Made by a program: the position numbers and the translations under genes. This document shows, piece after piece, positions 20,680-29,802 of a stretch of DNA of 64,000 nt. Source of the DNA: an uncultured Gammaproteobacteria bacterium (GTDB taxonomy: Bacteria > Patescibacteriota > Patescibacteriia > UBA9934); contig CAZKGL010000001.1 in assembly GCA_964552565.1 (NCBI GenBank), forward strand, positions 435,061 through 499,060, written 5' to 3'. The notes beneath the pieces were generated by a model, which did no database searches, was not told the origin of the DNA, and saw nothing but the letters and a program-made list of their open reading frames with translations. Numbering within the stretch: the first letter of the stretch is position 1; each line of letters begins with the position of its first letter.

Positions 20680-21123
20680 TTAGAGCGCGCCAATGTCCAC
20701 GAGCGCCTTCTTGAATGTCGCCACCGCTTTCCGGGCTTCCCCGCCGCGGAGCGAAGAGTGCGGGTTGTGCGAGAGTTCGTTGCGCAGCTTGTGCGCCCAC
20801 CACACACGGCGGAGTTCGCGATACTTCTTCTGCGCAAACTGCATGCGTGTCGCAAACCGGTCGCCCGGGAAATGCTTCGCTTGCAGCGCTTTGTCGAGCA
20901 CGGCGTCCGCGTGCATCACGGCAAGCCGCGCGCTCATCTCGTCGCCGCGCGCCATGAGCTGCTCGACGTCGCGCCACGCAAGCGCGATCTTTTGCCGCTC
21001 GTTGCCGAACGCCCAGCGGCGAAACAGGAGCTTGAACCGATAGATGCCGTAGGCTGCACCTCCAGTGACAATCACAAAGACAGCGATCGCTATGCCCATC
21101 TGCGTTGGTGTCAATTCAAACAT
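20680..21123 (-). CDS. Hypothetical membrane-anchored protein (RxxxxH-like RNELSH motif)
   Basis: N-terminal TM; ADAVLDKAL...WAHKLRNELSH. Confidence 0.7.
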   Translation of the reverse strand: MFELTPTQMGIAIAVFVIVTGGAAYGIYRFKLLFRRWAFGNERQKIALAWRDVEQLMARGDEMSARLAVMHADAVLDKALQAKHFPGDRFATRMQFAQKKYRELRRVWWAHKLRNELSHNPHSSLRGGEARKAVATFKKALVDIGAL

Positions 21124-21131
21124 AGCTCATT

Positions 21132-21180
21132 GGCGGGGTCCCCGCACCCCGCCGATCCGCCGGCCTGCGGGGAGGCCGGC
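21132..21180. repeat. Pair of 22-bp GC-rich hairpins (REP-like) also present inside recJ
   Basis: GGCGGGGTCCCCGCACCCCGCC (21132-21153) and GCCGGCCTGCGGGGAGGCCGGC (21159-21180). Confidence 0.85.
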
Positions 21181-22637
21181 TATGCACGCGGGTGTTCCTC
21201 ATGCCATTTCGTGAGTGATTGGTATGCCGCCCCGGCGCGGAGCACCTTCCCGTCCTGGAACGCGCCGCCGAGGAACTGGAGTCCCACAGGAAGCTGTTCG
21301 TCGGTTGCAACCCCGCACGGCACCGAGATTCCGGCGATGCCGGCAAGGTTCGCACCGACGGTGAAAATATCCGCGTAGTACATCGCCAACGGATCGTCGA
21401 ATTTTTCTCCGATCTTCCATGCAACGACCGGCGAAGTCGGCGTCATAATAACGTCAACTTCGTTGAACGCCGCGTCAAACTCCTGACGAATCTTCGTGCG
21501 CACGGCGAGCGCCTTTTTGTAGTACGCGTCGGCGTATCCCGCGGAAAGGATCGCAGTGCCGAGAATAATGCGGCGCTTTACTTCTCTCCCGAACCCATCC
21601 GAACGGGCAGCGATGGAACTCTCTTCGAGATTTCCTTCCGCACGGGTGCCGTAGCGCATCCCATCGAACCGCGCGAGGTTACTCGATGCCTCGGCCGGTT
21701 GGATGATGTAGTACGTCGGGAGCGCGTACGCGTAGCTCGTGTCGACATCGATCTTCGTGATTTCCGCTCCCTCCGACTCGAGAAGCTTCACCGCGTCCGC
21801 AAATGCGGTGACGTAATCGAACTCCGAAAGTTCCGGAGCATCAAGATAACTCGGGATGCCAATCCTCATCCCTTTCAGCGAGCGGTCCATGAGTTCGGGA
21901 ATCGTCTTCTCCTCGAGGACAACCGAGGTTGCGTCCTTTTCATCGACACCTTCAATCACTTCAAGCGTCAACGCGGCATCATCAACCGAGCGCGCGAGCA
22001 CGCCGATTTGGTCGAGGCTCGACGAGAGCGCCGTGAGGCCGAACCGCGACACTCGTCCGTAGCTCGGCTTCAGGCCGGTGATGCCGCACAGTGCGGCCGG
22101 CTGCCGGACGGATCCGCCGGTGTCGGAGCCAAGCGCGACCGGCACGAAACCCGCAGCAACCGCAGCCGCCGAACCGCCCGACGACCCGCCGGGCACGCGT
22201 GTGACATCCCAGGGATTCTTCGTCTGCTGGAACGCCGATGTTTCCGTCGACGAGCCCATCGCAAACTCGTCCATGTTCGTGCGCCCGACAATGATCGCGC
22301 CGGCAGCCTTCAGCCGCGCGACCACGGTTGCATCGTACGTCGCGACGTACTCCGCGAGGATCTTCGATCCCGATGAGGCGACATGACCCTTCACGAGGAT
22401 GCAATCCTTCACTGCGACCGGCACGCCGGCAAGACGCGGGAGGGATTCGCCGCGGGCCTTCATGTCGTCGATCGTTTGCGCCGCCGCCAGCGCGTCGTCA
22501 TCAAACGTCTCCAAAAACGCGCCGATCTTTTTGTCACGCTTTTTGATGTCCGCGAGGGTCGCCTTCACGACCTCGACCGCGCTCGTGGTGCCGGACGCAA
22601 TCGCGTCGCGGATTTCTTTCGCCGTTGCAAACGCCAT
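21180..22637 (-). CDS. gatA: Asp/Glu-tRNA amidotransferase subunit A
   Basis: NMDEFAMGSST, GGSSGGS, GSDTGGSVRQPA amidase signature. Confidence 0.96.
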   Translation of the reverse strand: MAFATAKEIRDAIASGTTSAVEVVKATLADIKKRDKKIGAFLETFDDDALAAAQTIDDMKARGESLPRLAGVPVAVKDCILVKGHVASSGSKILAEYVATYDATVVARLKAAGAIIVGRTNMDEFAMGSSTETSAFQQTKNPWDVTRVPGGSSGGSAAAVAAGFVPVALGSDTGGSVRQPAALCGITGLKPSYGRVSRFGLTALSSSLDQIGVLARSVDDAALTLEVIEGVDEKDATSVVLEEKTIPELMDRSLKGMRIGIPSYLDAPELSEFDYVTAFADAVKLLESEGAEITKIDVDTSYAYALPTYYIIQPAEASSNLARFDGMRYGTRAEGNLEESSIAARSDGFGREVKRRIILGTAILSAGYADAYYKKALAVRTKIRQEFDAAFNEVDVIMTPTSPVVAWKIGEKFDDPLAMYYADIFTVGANLAGIAGISVPCGVATDEQLPVGLQFLGGAFQDGKVLRAGAAYQSLTKWHEEHPRA

Positions 22638-22639
22638 AC

Positions 22640-22924
22640 TTATTCAAAGACGCCAGGGACTTTCAACGCGCCGGCGGTCGACTGCGGGAACGCATCGAGA
22701 AGCGCCTTCCGGGTCGCTTCATCGACGGGCAGCGCCTCGTCGTCACGGAACACGTTGACCGCGTCGGTAAGGTACGCCTTCACATCGACGCCGGAGGTAT
22801 CGACCTCTTCAAGCTTTCCGACAAACTCCAAGATCGCCGGCAACTGCGGCTCCATCATTTTTTTCTCTTTGGCCGTCAGGCGCAGCTTCGCGAGCTTCGC
22901 AACGTGGTCAATATTGATATCCAT
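22640..22924 (-). CDS. gatC: Asp/Glu-tRNA amidotransferase subunit C
   Basis: HVAKLAKL...L.EVDT...NVFRDD...KVP; directly upstream of gatA. Confidence 0.93.
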   Translation of the reverse strand: MDINIDHVAKLAKLRLTAKEKKMMEPQLPAILEFVGKLEEVDTSGVDVKAYLTDAVNVFRDDEALPVDEATRKALLDAFPQSTAGALKVPGVFE

Positions 22925-22926
22925 AA

Positions 22927-24903
22927 TTACGACCCAAGAATACGCAGGAACTCCGCTTCCGACAAGGTGCGGACACCGAGGCGATTCGCGTCGTCGAGCT
23001 TGCTGCCCGGCTCAGCGCCGACGACCACGTAATCCGTCTTTTTACTCACCGACCCCGACACGTTGCCGCCCGCGAGCCGGATTTTCTCCTTTGCTTCTTC
23101 GCGCCCCAAGCGCTCCAACGTCCCGGTGAGCACGAACGTCTTTCCGGCGAGGGTCCGCTCCACCTTCTTGGCCGGGCGCACCGTCACGCCGACCTCTGCA
23201 TACTCGTCAAACAGCATCTTCGCTTGGCTGCTCTGCAAAAACTCGGTGATGGAGTCCGCGACGACCTCGCCAATGTCCGGCACGCCGAGCAAGTCTTCTT
23301 TCGTGGCGCCCATGAACGCATCACGCGTGCCGAATGCCGTCGCGAGCGCGAACGCGGTTTCGCCGCCGACATGGCGGATGCCGAGCGCGACGATGAACTT
23401 GTCGAGGTCGATCGTCTTCTTGCTTTGGATTTCATCGACGAGCTTCTTTGCCAAGATATCGCCGAAGCGCTCGAGCTCCATCAATTCTTCGGCAGTCAGG
23501 CGGAACACGTCCGGCGGTGAGTTGAGCAGTCCCTCGTTGATGAGCCGTTCAATGATCTTTTCGCCAAGGCCGTCGATTGCGAATGCTCGGACGGCGTAGA
23601 GGATGCGCTCACGCTCTTTCGCGTAACATTCACGGTTCGTACAAAACAGCGCCACCTCGCCCTCACGGCGTTCGACCGGCGAACTGCACACCGGGCATTG
23701 CTTTGGGATCGGCACGGCCTTCTCCTTCCCTTCCCGCAGTTCAGGCAGCACCTTTGTGATTTTCGGGATGATGTCGCCGGCTTTCGTAAGGACGACAGTA
23801 TCTCCGATCTTCAGGCCGAGGCGCGCAATCTCGTCGGCGTTGTGCAGCGTCGCGTGCGTCACGGTCGTGCCGGCGATGAAGGTCGGCGAAACGGTCGCGA
23901 CCGGCGTCAACGACCCGGTGCGGCCCACGAACCACTCGACGCGCTCGACGCGCGTTGTCGCTTCTTCGGGCGCGAACTTCCACGCCACAAGCCCGCGCGG
24001 CGTTTTCCCGACGACGCCGAGGCGTTCGAACTCCCTGTACGCGTTGACGCGGATGACCACGCCGTCAATCCAAAACGGCAGCTCTTCGCGCTCCTTTTCA
24101 ATCGTTGCGTAAAATTTCTTGATCGCGGCGAAATCCTTTGCATGCACAAACGGGCTCGTCGCAAATCCCAATTCGCGCAGCCGCGCCATGCCTTCGGCCT
24201 GCGCCGTCACCGAGGGGTCGCCTTCGATGCGCCATGCAAAGAACCGCAGCGGGCGCGCCGCGGCGAGTTTTGGGTCGAGTTGGCGGATGCTGCCGGCCGA
24301 CACGTTGCGCGGATTGGCAAACTCCTCCTCACCCGCCTTGCGCCGTGCCGCATTCATCTTTTCGAAATCGTCCTTGCGCATGTACACCTCGCCACGCACC
24401 TCGATGCGCCCCTTCACCACTTCACGGAGCGTCAACGGGACCGATTCGATGGTGCGGACGTTCATCGTGACGTCTTCGCCGACACGGCCGTTGCCGCGCG
24501 TCGCCGCCGTTTGCAACACCCCGTCGTCGTAGATGAGCGAAACAGCGAGGCCGTCGATCTTGCACATGCACACATAGTCGAGCGGGCGGCCAGCGATCTT
24601 TTCCACACGCGCCATCCACTCCTTCGCCTCGTCCTCGGTGAAGACATCTTCCATGGACAGCATTGGGCGCTCGTGCGCCACCTTCTTGAACTTCGGCAGC
24701 GGCTCGCCGCCCACGCGCTGGGTCGGCGAGTCGGGCGTGATGAGTTCCGGGAACTCCTGCTCGAGTTGGAAGAGCTCGTGTTTGAGCGTGTCGTGCGCGG
24801 CATCCGAAATCTCCGCCTTGTCGAGGACGTGGTATTCGTAGCGGTATGTGTCGATCGCTTTCCGGAGCTTTTCGATGCGTTTTTTGGCCTCTTCCTTGGT
24901 CAT
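22927..24903 (-). CDS. ligA: NAD-dependent DNA ligase
   Basis: KIDG adenylation motif, TRGNG..GEDVT, EVRGE, C4 zinc finger, BRCT domain. Confidence 0.97.
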   Translation of the reverse strand: MTKEEAKKRIEKLRKAIDTYRYEYHVLDKAEISDAAHDTLKHELFQLEQEFPELITPDSPTQRVGGEPLPKFKKVAHERPMLSMEDVFTEDEAKEWMARVEKIAGRPLDYVCMCKIDGLAVSLIYDDGVLQTAATRGNGRVGEDVTMNVRTIESVPLTLREVVKGRIEVRGEVYMRKDDFEKMNAARRKAGEEEFANPRNVSAGSIRQLDPKLAAARPLRFFAWRIEGDPSVTAQAEGMARLRELGFATSPFVHAKDFAAIKKFYATIEKEREELPFWIDGVVIRVNAYREFERLGVVGKTPRGLVAWKFAPEEATTRVERVEWFVGRTGSLTPVATVSPTFIAGTTVTHATLHNADEIARLGLKIGDTVVLTKAGDIIPKITKVLPELREGKEKAVPIPKQCPVCSSPVERREGEVALFCTNRECYAKERERILYAVRAFAIDGLGEKIIERLINEGLLNSPPDVFRLTAEELMELERFGDILAKKLVDEIQSKKTIDLDKFIVALGIRHVGGETAFALATAFGTRDAFMGATKEDLLGVPDIGEVVADSITEFLQSSQAKMLFDEYAEVGVTVRPAKKVERTLAGKTFVLTGTLERLGREEAKEKIRLAGGNVSGSVSKKTDYVVVGAEPGSKLDDANRLGVRTLSEAEFLRILGS

Positions 24904-25012
24904 AGCGCTTCCCCAATGGTACCCGAAAACGACACTATTTGCCATGACCCCGGCCATACAAACCCATTGACTTTTTTGCTCAGCTCAGGCATCCTTTTGC
25001 ACCGGAGGCTCC

Positions 25013-25201
25013 ATGAACGACCGTACGACCGACCTGTCCGCCCGGGGCAGCCGCCCCAGCACGTCCCGCATCGACCTCAAGCCGCCACCGGAGATGTACC
25101 TGACCCCGGGGCCGTTCCCGGAGGTCGTCCACCCCGTGCCGGAGGCTCCCGTCGACACCGACGAGTCGATCTACAACTACTCCCAGCCCGCCGGCTGGTA
25201 G
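25013..25201 (+). CDS. Small Pro-rich hypothetical protein
   Basis: GGAGG RBS, TTGACT upstream, GC3 bias, downstream hairpin. Confidence 0.55.
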   Translation: MNDRTTDLSARGSRPSTSRIDLKPPPEMYLTPGPFPEVVHPVPEAPVDTDESIYNYSQPAGW

Positions 25202-25283
25202 CAGCCCCTCCAACCGTCCGTCCCCGCCCGCGAACCCCACTCGCCGAGGCGGGGTTTGCATTTTTGGTATACTATGCTCGATT

Positions 25284-25688
25284 ATGCTCGGAGGACGGAG
25301 GATTCCGGAGAATGAAATTCGTATCGTCTACGTCCGTTCGTCGGGCGCGGGCGGGCAAAACGTCAACAAGGTCGCGACCAAGGCGCAGCTCCACTGGGAC
25401 TTGGCCGGGTCGCAGGTTTTTGATAGTTCCGAAAAAGCCAGGCTCCGCGCCGCATTCAAGAACCGGCTGAACAACGAAGGCGAAGTGGTCCTCACTGCGA
25501 GCGAAAGCCGCCTGCAGTCCCGCAACCGCGAAACCGCGCTCGAGAAGTTGTACCGCCTCATCGAGCACGCGCTAACGCCGCAAGCAAAACGCGTCCCAAC
25601 AAAACCCACCCGCGCATCGAAGCAACGCCGCATCGACGCAAAGAAACGCCGCTCAGTCATCAAGCAGTTGCGGAGAAGTGTTGATTAG
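25284..25688 (+). CDS. arfB: Alternative ribosome rescue peptidyl-tRNA hydrolase ArfB
   Basis: RSSGAGGQNVNKVATK, R.Q..NR..A, basic PTKPTRASKQRR tail. Confidence 0.93.
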   Translation: MLGGRRIPENEIRIVYVRSSGAGGQNVNKVATKAQLHWDLAGSQVFDSSEKARLRAAFKNRLNNEGEVVLTASESRLQSRNRETALEKLYRLIEHALTPQAKRVPTKPTRASKQRRIDAKKRRSVIKQLRRSVD

Positions 25689-25794
25689 GTGGCGGAATGA
25701 AATGTACACGCGATACCGCCACCTGGACATAAAACGAAGCGCCCCGGAAGCCAGGGCGGCTTCTCGGGGCGACGGCGACGCGCGAGTTCTTCGG

Positions 25795-26160
25795 CTAGAA
25801 GCCGCCGAACTGCGGGCCACGGTAGACGATGAACTCGAGCTGGCTGCCGGCGAAGTGCGGCATCTGCTCCTTGTGGCTTCCGCAGACCGCCGTGATCTCC
25901 TCGTTCACACGGTTCACGATGATCTTCACCGTGACGCCCTTGCACGCGGCGACGAACTCGTCCATGTTGAAAGTCGCGGTGTGGGTCGACTCGTTGTACG
26001 AGTAGCCCTGGACCGGCGGGGTCTCGACCGGGACGAAGCCGGCGGGGGTCGCGGCCTCGGCGCGGTTCATGACGTTGCGCTCGAAGCCCATGCCGAAGCT
26101 GAAGAGGCCGAGAGAGAAGAGGAACGCGGAGAGGCCGTAGGCGAGGTGCTTGTGACGCAT
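25795..26160 (-). CDS. Hypothetical secreted/membrane-anchored protein
   Basis: AGGAG RBS, hydrophobic N-terminus, GC3 bias. Confidence 0.7.
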   Translation of the reverse strand: MRHKHLAYGLSAFLFSLGLFSFGMGFERNVMNRAEAATPAGFVPVETPPVQGYSYNESTHTATFNMDEFVAACKGVTVKIIVNRVNEEITAVCGSHKEQMPHFAGSQLEFIVYRGPQFGGF

Positions 26161-26246
26161 GCGAACTCCTGGGTTGCGATGCGAACCTTAGCAGAAAAGC
26201 GAGCCGTTGTCCAGCTCGCTTCTCGAGATTCACCGCCACCTTGGAA

Positions 26247-26312
26247 AACCATCCCGACGCCAGGAGGGACCTAGAACGCCCGCAAGGTCCCTCGCCTTCG
26301 CTCGGGATGGTT
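26247..26312. repeat. REP-like imperfect inverted repeat
   Basis: AACCATCCCGA..GAGGGACCT / AGGTCCCTC..TCGGGATGGTT. Confidence 0.7.
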
Positions 26313-26317
26313 GCGCG

Positions 26318-26509
26318 CTACCAGCTTTTGCTTTGTAAAATCTGCTCGGAATACACTGCGGGATTGAAGGTGTCGGCAGCCTCGTATTCGAGGCCAAGTT
26401 TGATCATCGTGACGTTCGGCTGCATGAGGAGCGACCAGCGCCACGCCGCTTTTTCTTCCTCGGAGATGTCCGACGCGTTCACGCCCGCAATCACTTCTTC
26501 GATCGTCAT
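26318..26509 (-). CDS. Small hypothetical protein
   Basis: 63-aa ORF starting 4 nt after the pilD stop. Confidence 0.5.
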   Translation of the reverse strand: MTIEEVIAGVNASDISEEEKAAWRWSLLMQPNVTMIKLGLEYEAADTFNPAVYSEQILQSKSW

Positions 26510-26512
26510 ACG

Positions 26513-27310
26513 CTACGACAAGACGCCAAGGTACCAGTCGAGCATCCACGGCCCGAACACCATGACGATGACCGTCGCGAGCGCCAGGAACGTCCCGAAC
26601 GGCACATGGCTATCCAGTTTGCGATGGCCGAAGGCGATGAGGATAACGCCCGCAATCGCGCCGAGGACATAGGACCAGAACAGGGCGACGATACCGAGCG
26701 GCAGGCCGAGCAAGAAGCCCATGAGCAGCCCCATGCGGATGTCGCCGCCGCCGACCCAGCGCCCCTGCGAAACGAGATACTGCACCGAGAAGAACCCACC
26801 GAGCGCAAGCCCGCCAAGGAGCAGCGACCACGTCGACGCGCCGAGCACGAGGTTCGCGAGGATGACGATGATGACCGCGGGAATGGAAAACCGGTCAGGA
26901 ATGACGGAAAACCGGAAGTCGTACAGAAAAATGATGACGAGGAAGACCGCAACGATCGCATCGCGGATAAAAAGCAGCGCGTGTTCGGTACCGGTGATGT
27001 ACGGCGGGATGCCGACGCCAAGGAAGATGCGCGCGGCGAAGAGCGCGAACAAGAGGCCCATCGCAAGTTCCACGGCGGGGTACTGCCATTCGATTGCGGA
27101 AGAACACCGGCGGCAGCGGCCCTTGAGGGCAAAGAAACTCACGACCGGGATGAGGTCGAACCACGCGAGCGGCTCGACGCACGACAAACACTTCGCCCGG
27201 CTCATGAGCGGCAGCCCCGCTTTGGTACGCAACACGGTAGCGTTGACGATGCTGCCGGTGACGACGCCGAGGACGAACGCGAGGAGCAGGTACGCGATGA
27301 TTTCCCCCAT
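26513..27310 (-). CDS. pilD: Prepilin peptidase (A24A)
   Basis: CxxC...CxxC, LIPVVSF, YD, GGGD, PFGTFL. Confidence 0.93.
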   Translation of the reverse strand: MGEIIAYLLLAFVLGVVTGSIVNATVLRTKAGLPLMSRAKCLSCVEPLAWFDLIPVVSFFALKGRCRRCSSAIEWQYPAVELAMGLLFALFAARIFLGVGIPPYITGTEHALLFIRDAIVAVFLVIIFLYDFRFSVIPDRFSIPAVIIVILANLVLGASTWSLLLGGLALGGFFSVQYLVSQGRWVGGGDIRMGLLMGFLLGLPLGIVALFWSYVLGAIAGVILIAFGHRKLDSHVPFGTFLALATVIVMVFGPWMLDWYLGVLS

Positions 27311-27316
27311 AGCCGG

Positions 27317-27811
27317 TTATTCAAGCGTGCCGCAGGCGCCGGGCACAAGGTTGCTCTCGGTCGCGCAGTTCGCGCCCTTCACCAAGCCGAGCACGTTGTT
27401 CTTTCCTTCGAGCTCGAATTGGATGCGGTACTGATCGCCGTCGCTCTCATAGCAGTACACGTCGCTTGTGTCGCCGCAGGACACCGCGCCCTTCAGCCCT
27501 TTCGTGGGCGGCGTGGGGACGATCTCGAGATACGCCCCGTCCGGCGCGATGCTGCAATCAAATCCGTCGTCGGAAAGGCACTGCGTCGCGCCCTGCCCGA
27601 GCGCCGTCGCCTCGTCGGCCGCCGGGTACGCGCTATGGTCGGAGAAATACGACTCGAGCGCATTTTGTAGTTCGCGGACATGCGAAAGCCGCGTCGCATC
27701 GCGGGTCCGTTCGCGCGCCGTCGACACGGCGACCGCGGAAAGCGCCCCCATGACCCCGAGCACGAGGAGCACGATCAGCACCTCAATTTTTGTCATACCC
27801 ATTTGGTTCAT
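27317..27811 (-). CDS. Type IV pilin / pseudopilin-like protein
   Basis: G-MTKIEVLIV class III signal; ARERTRDATRLSHVRELQNALESY. Confidence 0.88.
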   Translation of the reverse strand: MNQMGMTKIEVLIVLLVLGVMGALSAVAVSTARERTRDATRLSHVRELQNALESYFSDHSAYPAADEATALGQGATQCLSDDGFDCSIAPDGAYLEIVPTPPTKGLKGAVSCGDTSDVYCYESDGDQYRIQFELEGKNNVLGLVKGANCATESNLVPGACGTLE

Positions 27812-27829
27812 ACGGTTAAGCGAAGCATA

Positions 27830-28204
27830 TCACAACGAGAGCAAGCGTTTCATTTTCGCGACCGCCTCTTGCGGGACAAAATGCCCGACGAGCAGGTAGT
27901 CGCTGGCGCCGGCGAGCATCGCGTCGCGGACGCCGTGCATGTGCGCACGGCTCGCAAGGACGACGATGTGCGTCTTGAGGAGCGTTGGCAGCGCTTTGAG
28001 ACGCCGCACTTCTTTGGCGACATCCGCCACACAATCGGCTTCGAACATGAGGACCGCGGGCCGCACTTGCACCGCGCGATGCTCCGCGTCCTTCACGCGC
28101 TCGACGACCTCCACCTCCCAGCCGTCACGCTCAAACTTCCGGCCGTAGATGCCGGCAAGATACGTGTCGCATGCGGCAATCAGGATGGTCGGCCGGGGCG
28201 CCAT
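27830..28204 (-). CDS. Degenerate single-domain response regulator (pseudo-receiver)
   Basis: Receiver pattern ILI...PAVLMFE...IVVL...AGASDYL, lacking the canonical Asp and Lys. Confidence 0.75.
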   Translation of the reverse strand: MAPRPTILIAACDTYLAGIYGRKFERDGWEVEVVERVKDAEHRAVQVRPAVLMFEADCVADVAKEVRRLKALPTLLKTHIVVLASRAHMHGVRDAMLAGASDYLLVGHFVPQEAVAKMKRLLSL

Positions 28205-28206
28205 AG

Positions 28207-29361
28207 CTATTCTTCGGCCGCGCGCATGGCGAGCCCGATGGCGATGCTGAACCGCGGGCCCACTTCTTCGAGCACCGGCCGGAGCGCCGCAGGCGCCGCG
28301 ATGCGCGCCCACGGGTCACCGATATAGACGTTCACGTTCAGTTCCTTGGTGAGGTATGGGTCAAGCGACGGCAGGTGCGCGCTGCCGCCGGTCACGATGA
28401 TCTTTTCCACCGTGCGGTTGTCGTGGAACGCCTGCTGCGCGTACAGCTCAAGCGCATACCGCAACTCATGCACGACCGACTCGAGCGCGTCTTTCACCAC
28501 CTTCGGCGGCTCTGTCTCGCCCGGCGAAAGCGCAAGGTCGCGCTTCATGCGCTCCGCGTCCTCGTAGCCCATGCCAAGGCTCGTCGCGAGCGCCTGCGTC
28601 ATGGCGCTGCCGCCGCCCTTCATGCTCCGCGCGAGGTACGGCACCCCTTTGTCGATGATGGAAATATTCGCCTGCGCAAACCCCATGTCCGCGACCATGA
28701 TGCGCGACTTGTCTTTGCCGACGAGCGACCGGATGAGCGCGAACACCTCGGTCTCGAGCGAGACGAGGTCGAGCTTCGCCTTCCTGAAGATGTCGACGTA
28801 CTTCTGGACGAGCGTACGCGGCGCGGCGGTCACGAGGACGCGGATGTGCTTTTTCTCCTCGGCCTTCGGTGCCTCGGGCGCTGCGGCCTCTTTTTGTTCC
28901 TGCTTCTCCTCCTTTTTCTCTTTCTTTTCCTGGCCAGCCTCCTTCGGGAGGAGTTCCTTGTCGAGCACGTTCGAGTCGACAATCATCTCCGCCATCGGGA
29001 GCGGCAGGAGCTTCGCCGTCTGCGTCTCAATCATCGCCTTCACTTCCTCCTTCGTCTTGACTTGCGGAATGACGACGATGGTTTGGAAGACCTGCGCGCT
29101 CGGCAACGCCGCGACCGCGCGGGTCGCCTTCATCCCCGAGTCTTTGATGATGGCGCGGATGAGCTCGACCGCCTTGTCGGGATTGTCGAGGAGCGACGGC
29201 GCCTCGGACGAAACCGCGGCGTACTCCGCGTAGCCGTACGTCGAAAGGCGGAGCCGCCCCTTCTCGGGGACAAGCTCGACGATCTTGATGCCGGACGGAC
29301 CGATGTCGACCCCGAGCATGCCGTCAAAGTGTTCTTCTTTCTTGCCTCCAAACAAGCCCAT
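28207..29361 (-). CDS. pilM: Type IV pilus assembly protein PilM
   Basis: LGVDIGPSGIKIVEL, DMG, VTGGSAHL, IAIGLAMR. Confidence 0.93.
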   Translation of the reverse strand: MGLFGGKKEEHFDGMLGVDIGPSGIKIVELVPEKGRLRLSTYGYAEYAAVSSEAPSLLDNPDKAVELIRAIIKDSGMKATRAVAALPSAQVFQTIVVIPQVKTKEEVKAMIETQTAKLLPLPMAEMIVDSNVLDKELLPKEAGQEKKEKKEEKQEQKEAAAPEAPKAEEKKHIRVLVTAAPRTLVQKYVDIFRKAKLDLVSLETEVFALIRSLVGKDKSRIMVADMGFAQANISIIDKGVPYLARSMKGGGSAMTQALATSLGMGYEDAERMKRDLALSPGETEPPKVVKDALESVVHELRYALELYAQQAFHDNRTVEKIIVTGGSAHLPSLDPYLTKELNVNVYIGDPWARIAAPAALRPVLEEVGPRFSIAIGLAMRAAEE

Positions 29362-29376
29362 AGTAGGAAAATGATA

Positions 29377-29802
29377 TCACAGCCCAAGAGCCGCATCGAT
29401 GGTCTTATTCACCATGGCGTCCGCGTCTTTGTTGAACTCCCGGCGCACGTGGCGGAAGGAAATCGTCCGGAAATGCGGTTTGAGGTTGTACACATCCACA
29501 AAGAGGCGCGCAAGCTCCGGGTTCTTGACCTTGTACTCGCCGTTCAGCTGCTTGACCGCGAGCTCGGAGTCCAAACAGACATCGAGCGACTGCACGCCAA
29601 GCTCGTGCGCCTTTCGGAGTCCGATGATGATTCCCGTGTACTCCGCGACGTTGTTCGTCGCATGGGGCAAATACTCGCCCACTTCCGCAAGCCGTTCACC
29701 GACGTTGCCATCCCCGTCGAGCGCAAACAAGACCGCGCCGCCCGCCGCAGGCCCCGGATTCCCTCTTGCCCCGCCATCGGCATACATTCGTGCCCGCTTC
29801 AT
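29377..29802 (-). CDS. rnhA: Ribonuclease HI family protein
   Basis: ADGGARGNPGPA, TNNVAEY, DSEL, HVRRE.N..AD. Confidence 0.93.
   Translation of the reverse strand: MKRARMYADGGARGNPGPAAGGAVLFALDGDGNVGERLAEVGEYLPHATNNVAEYTGIIIGLRKAHELGVQSLDVCLDSELAVKQLNGEYKVKNPELARLFVDVYNLKPHFRTISFRHVRREFNKDADAMVNKTIDAALGL

Noticed and set aside
21180-22924. gatB missing beside gatC-gatA
   Set aside because: A split gatCA / gatB arrangement is common; absence from the genome cannot be inferred from one window.
29377-29802. Alternative genetic code (TGA read as Gly, as in some CPR lineages)
   Set aside because: Conserved genes are full length under code 11, and TGA terminates rnhA and recJ at their expected ends.
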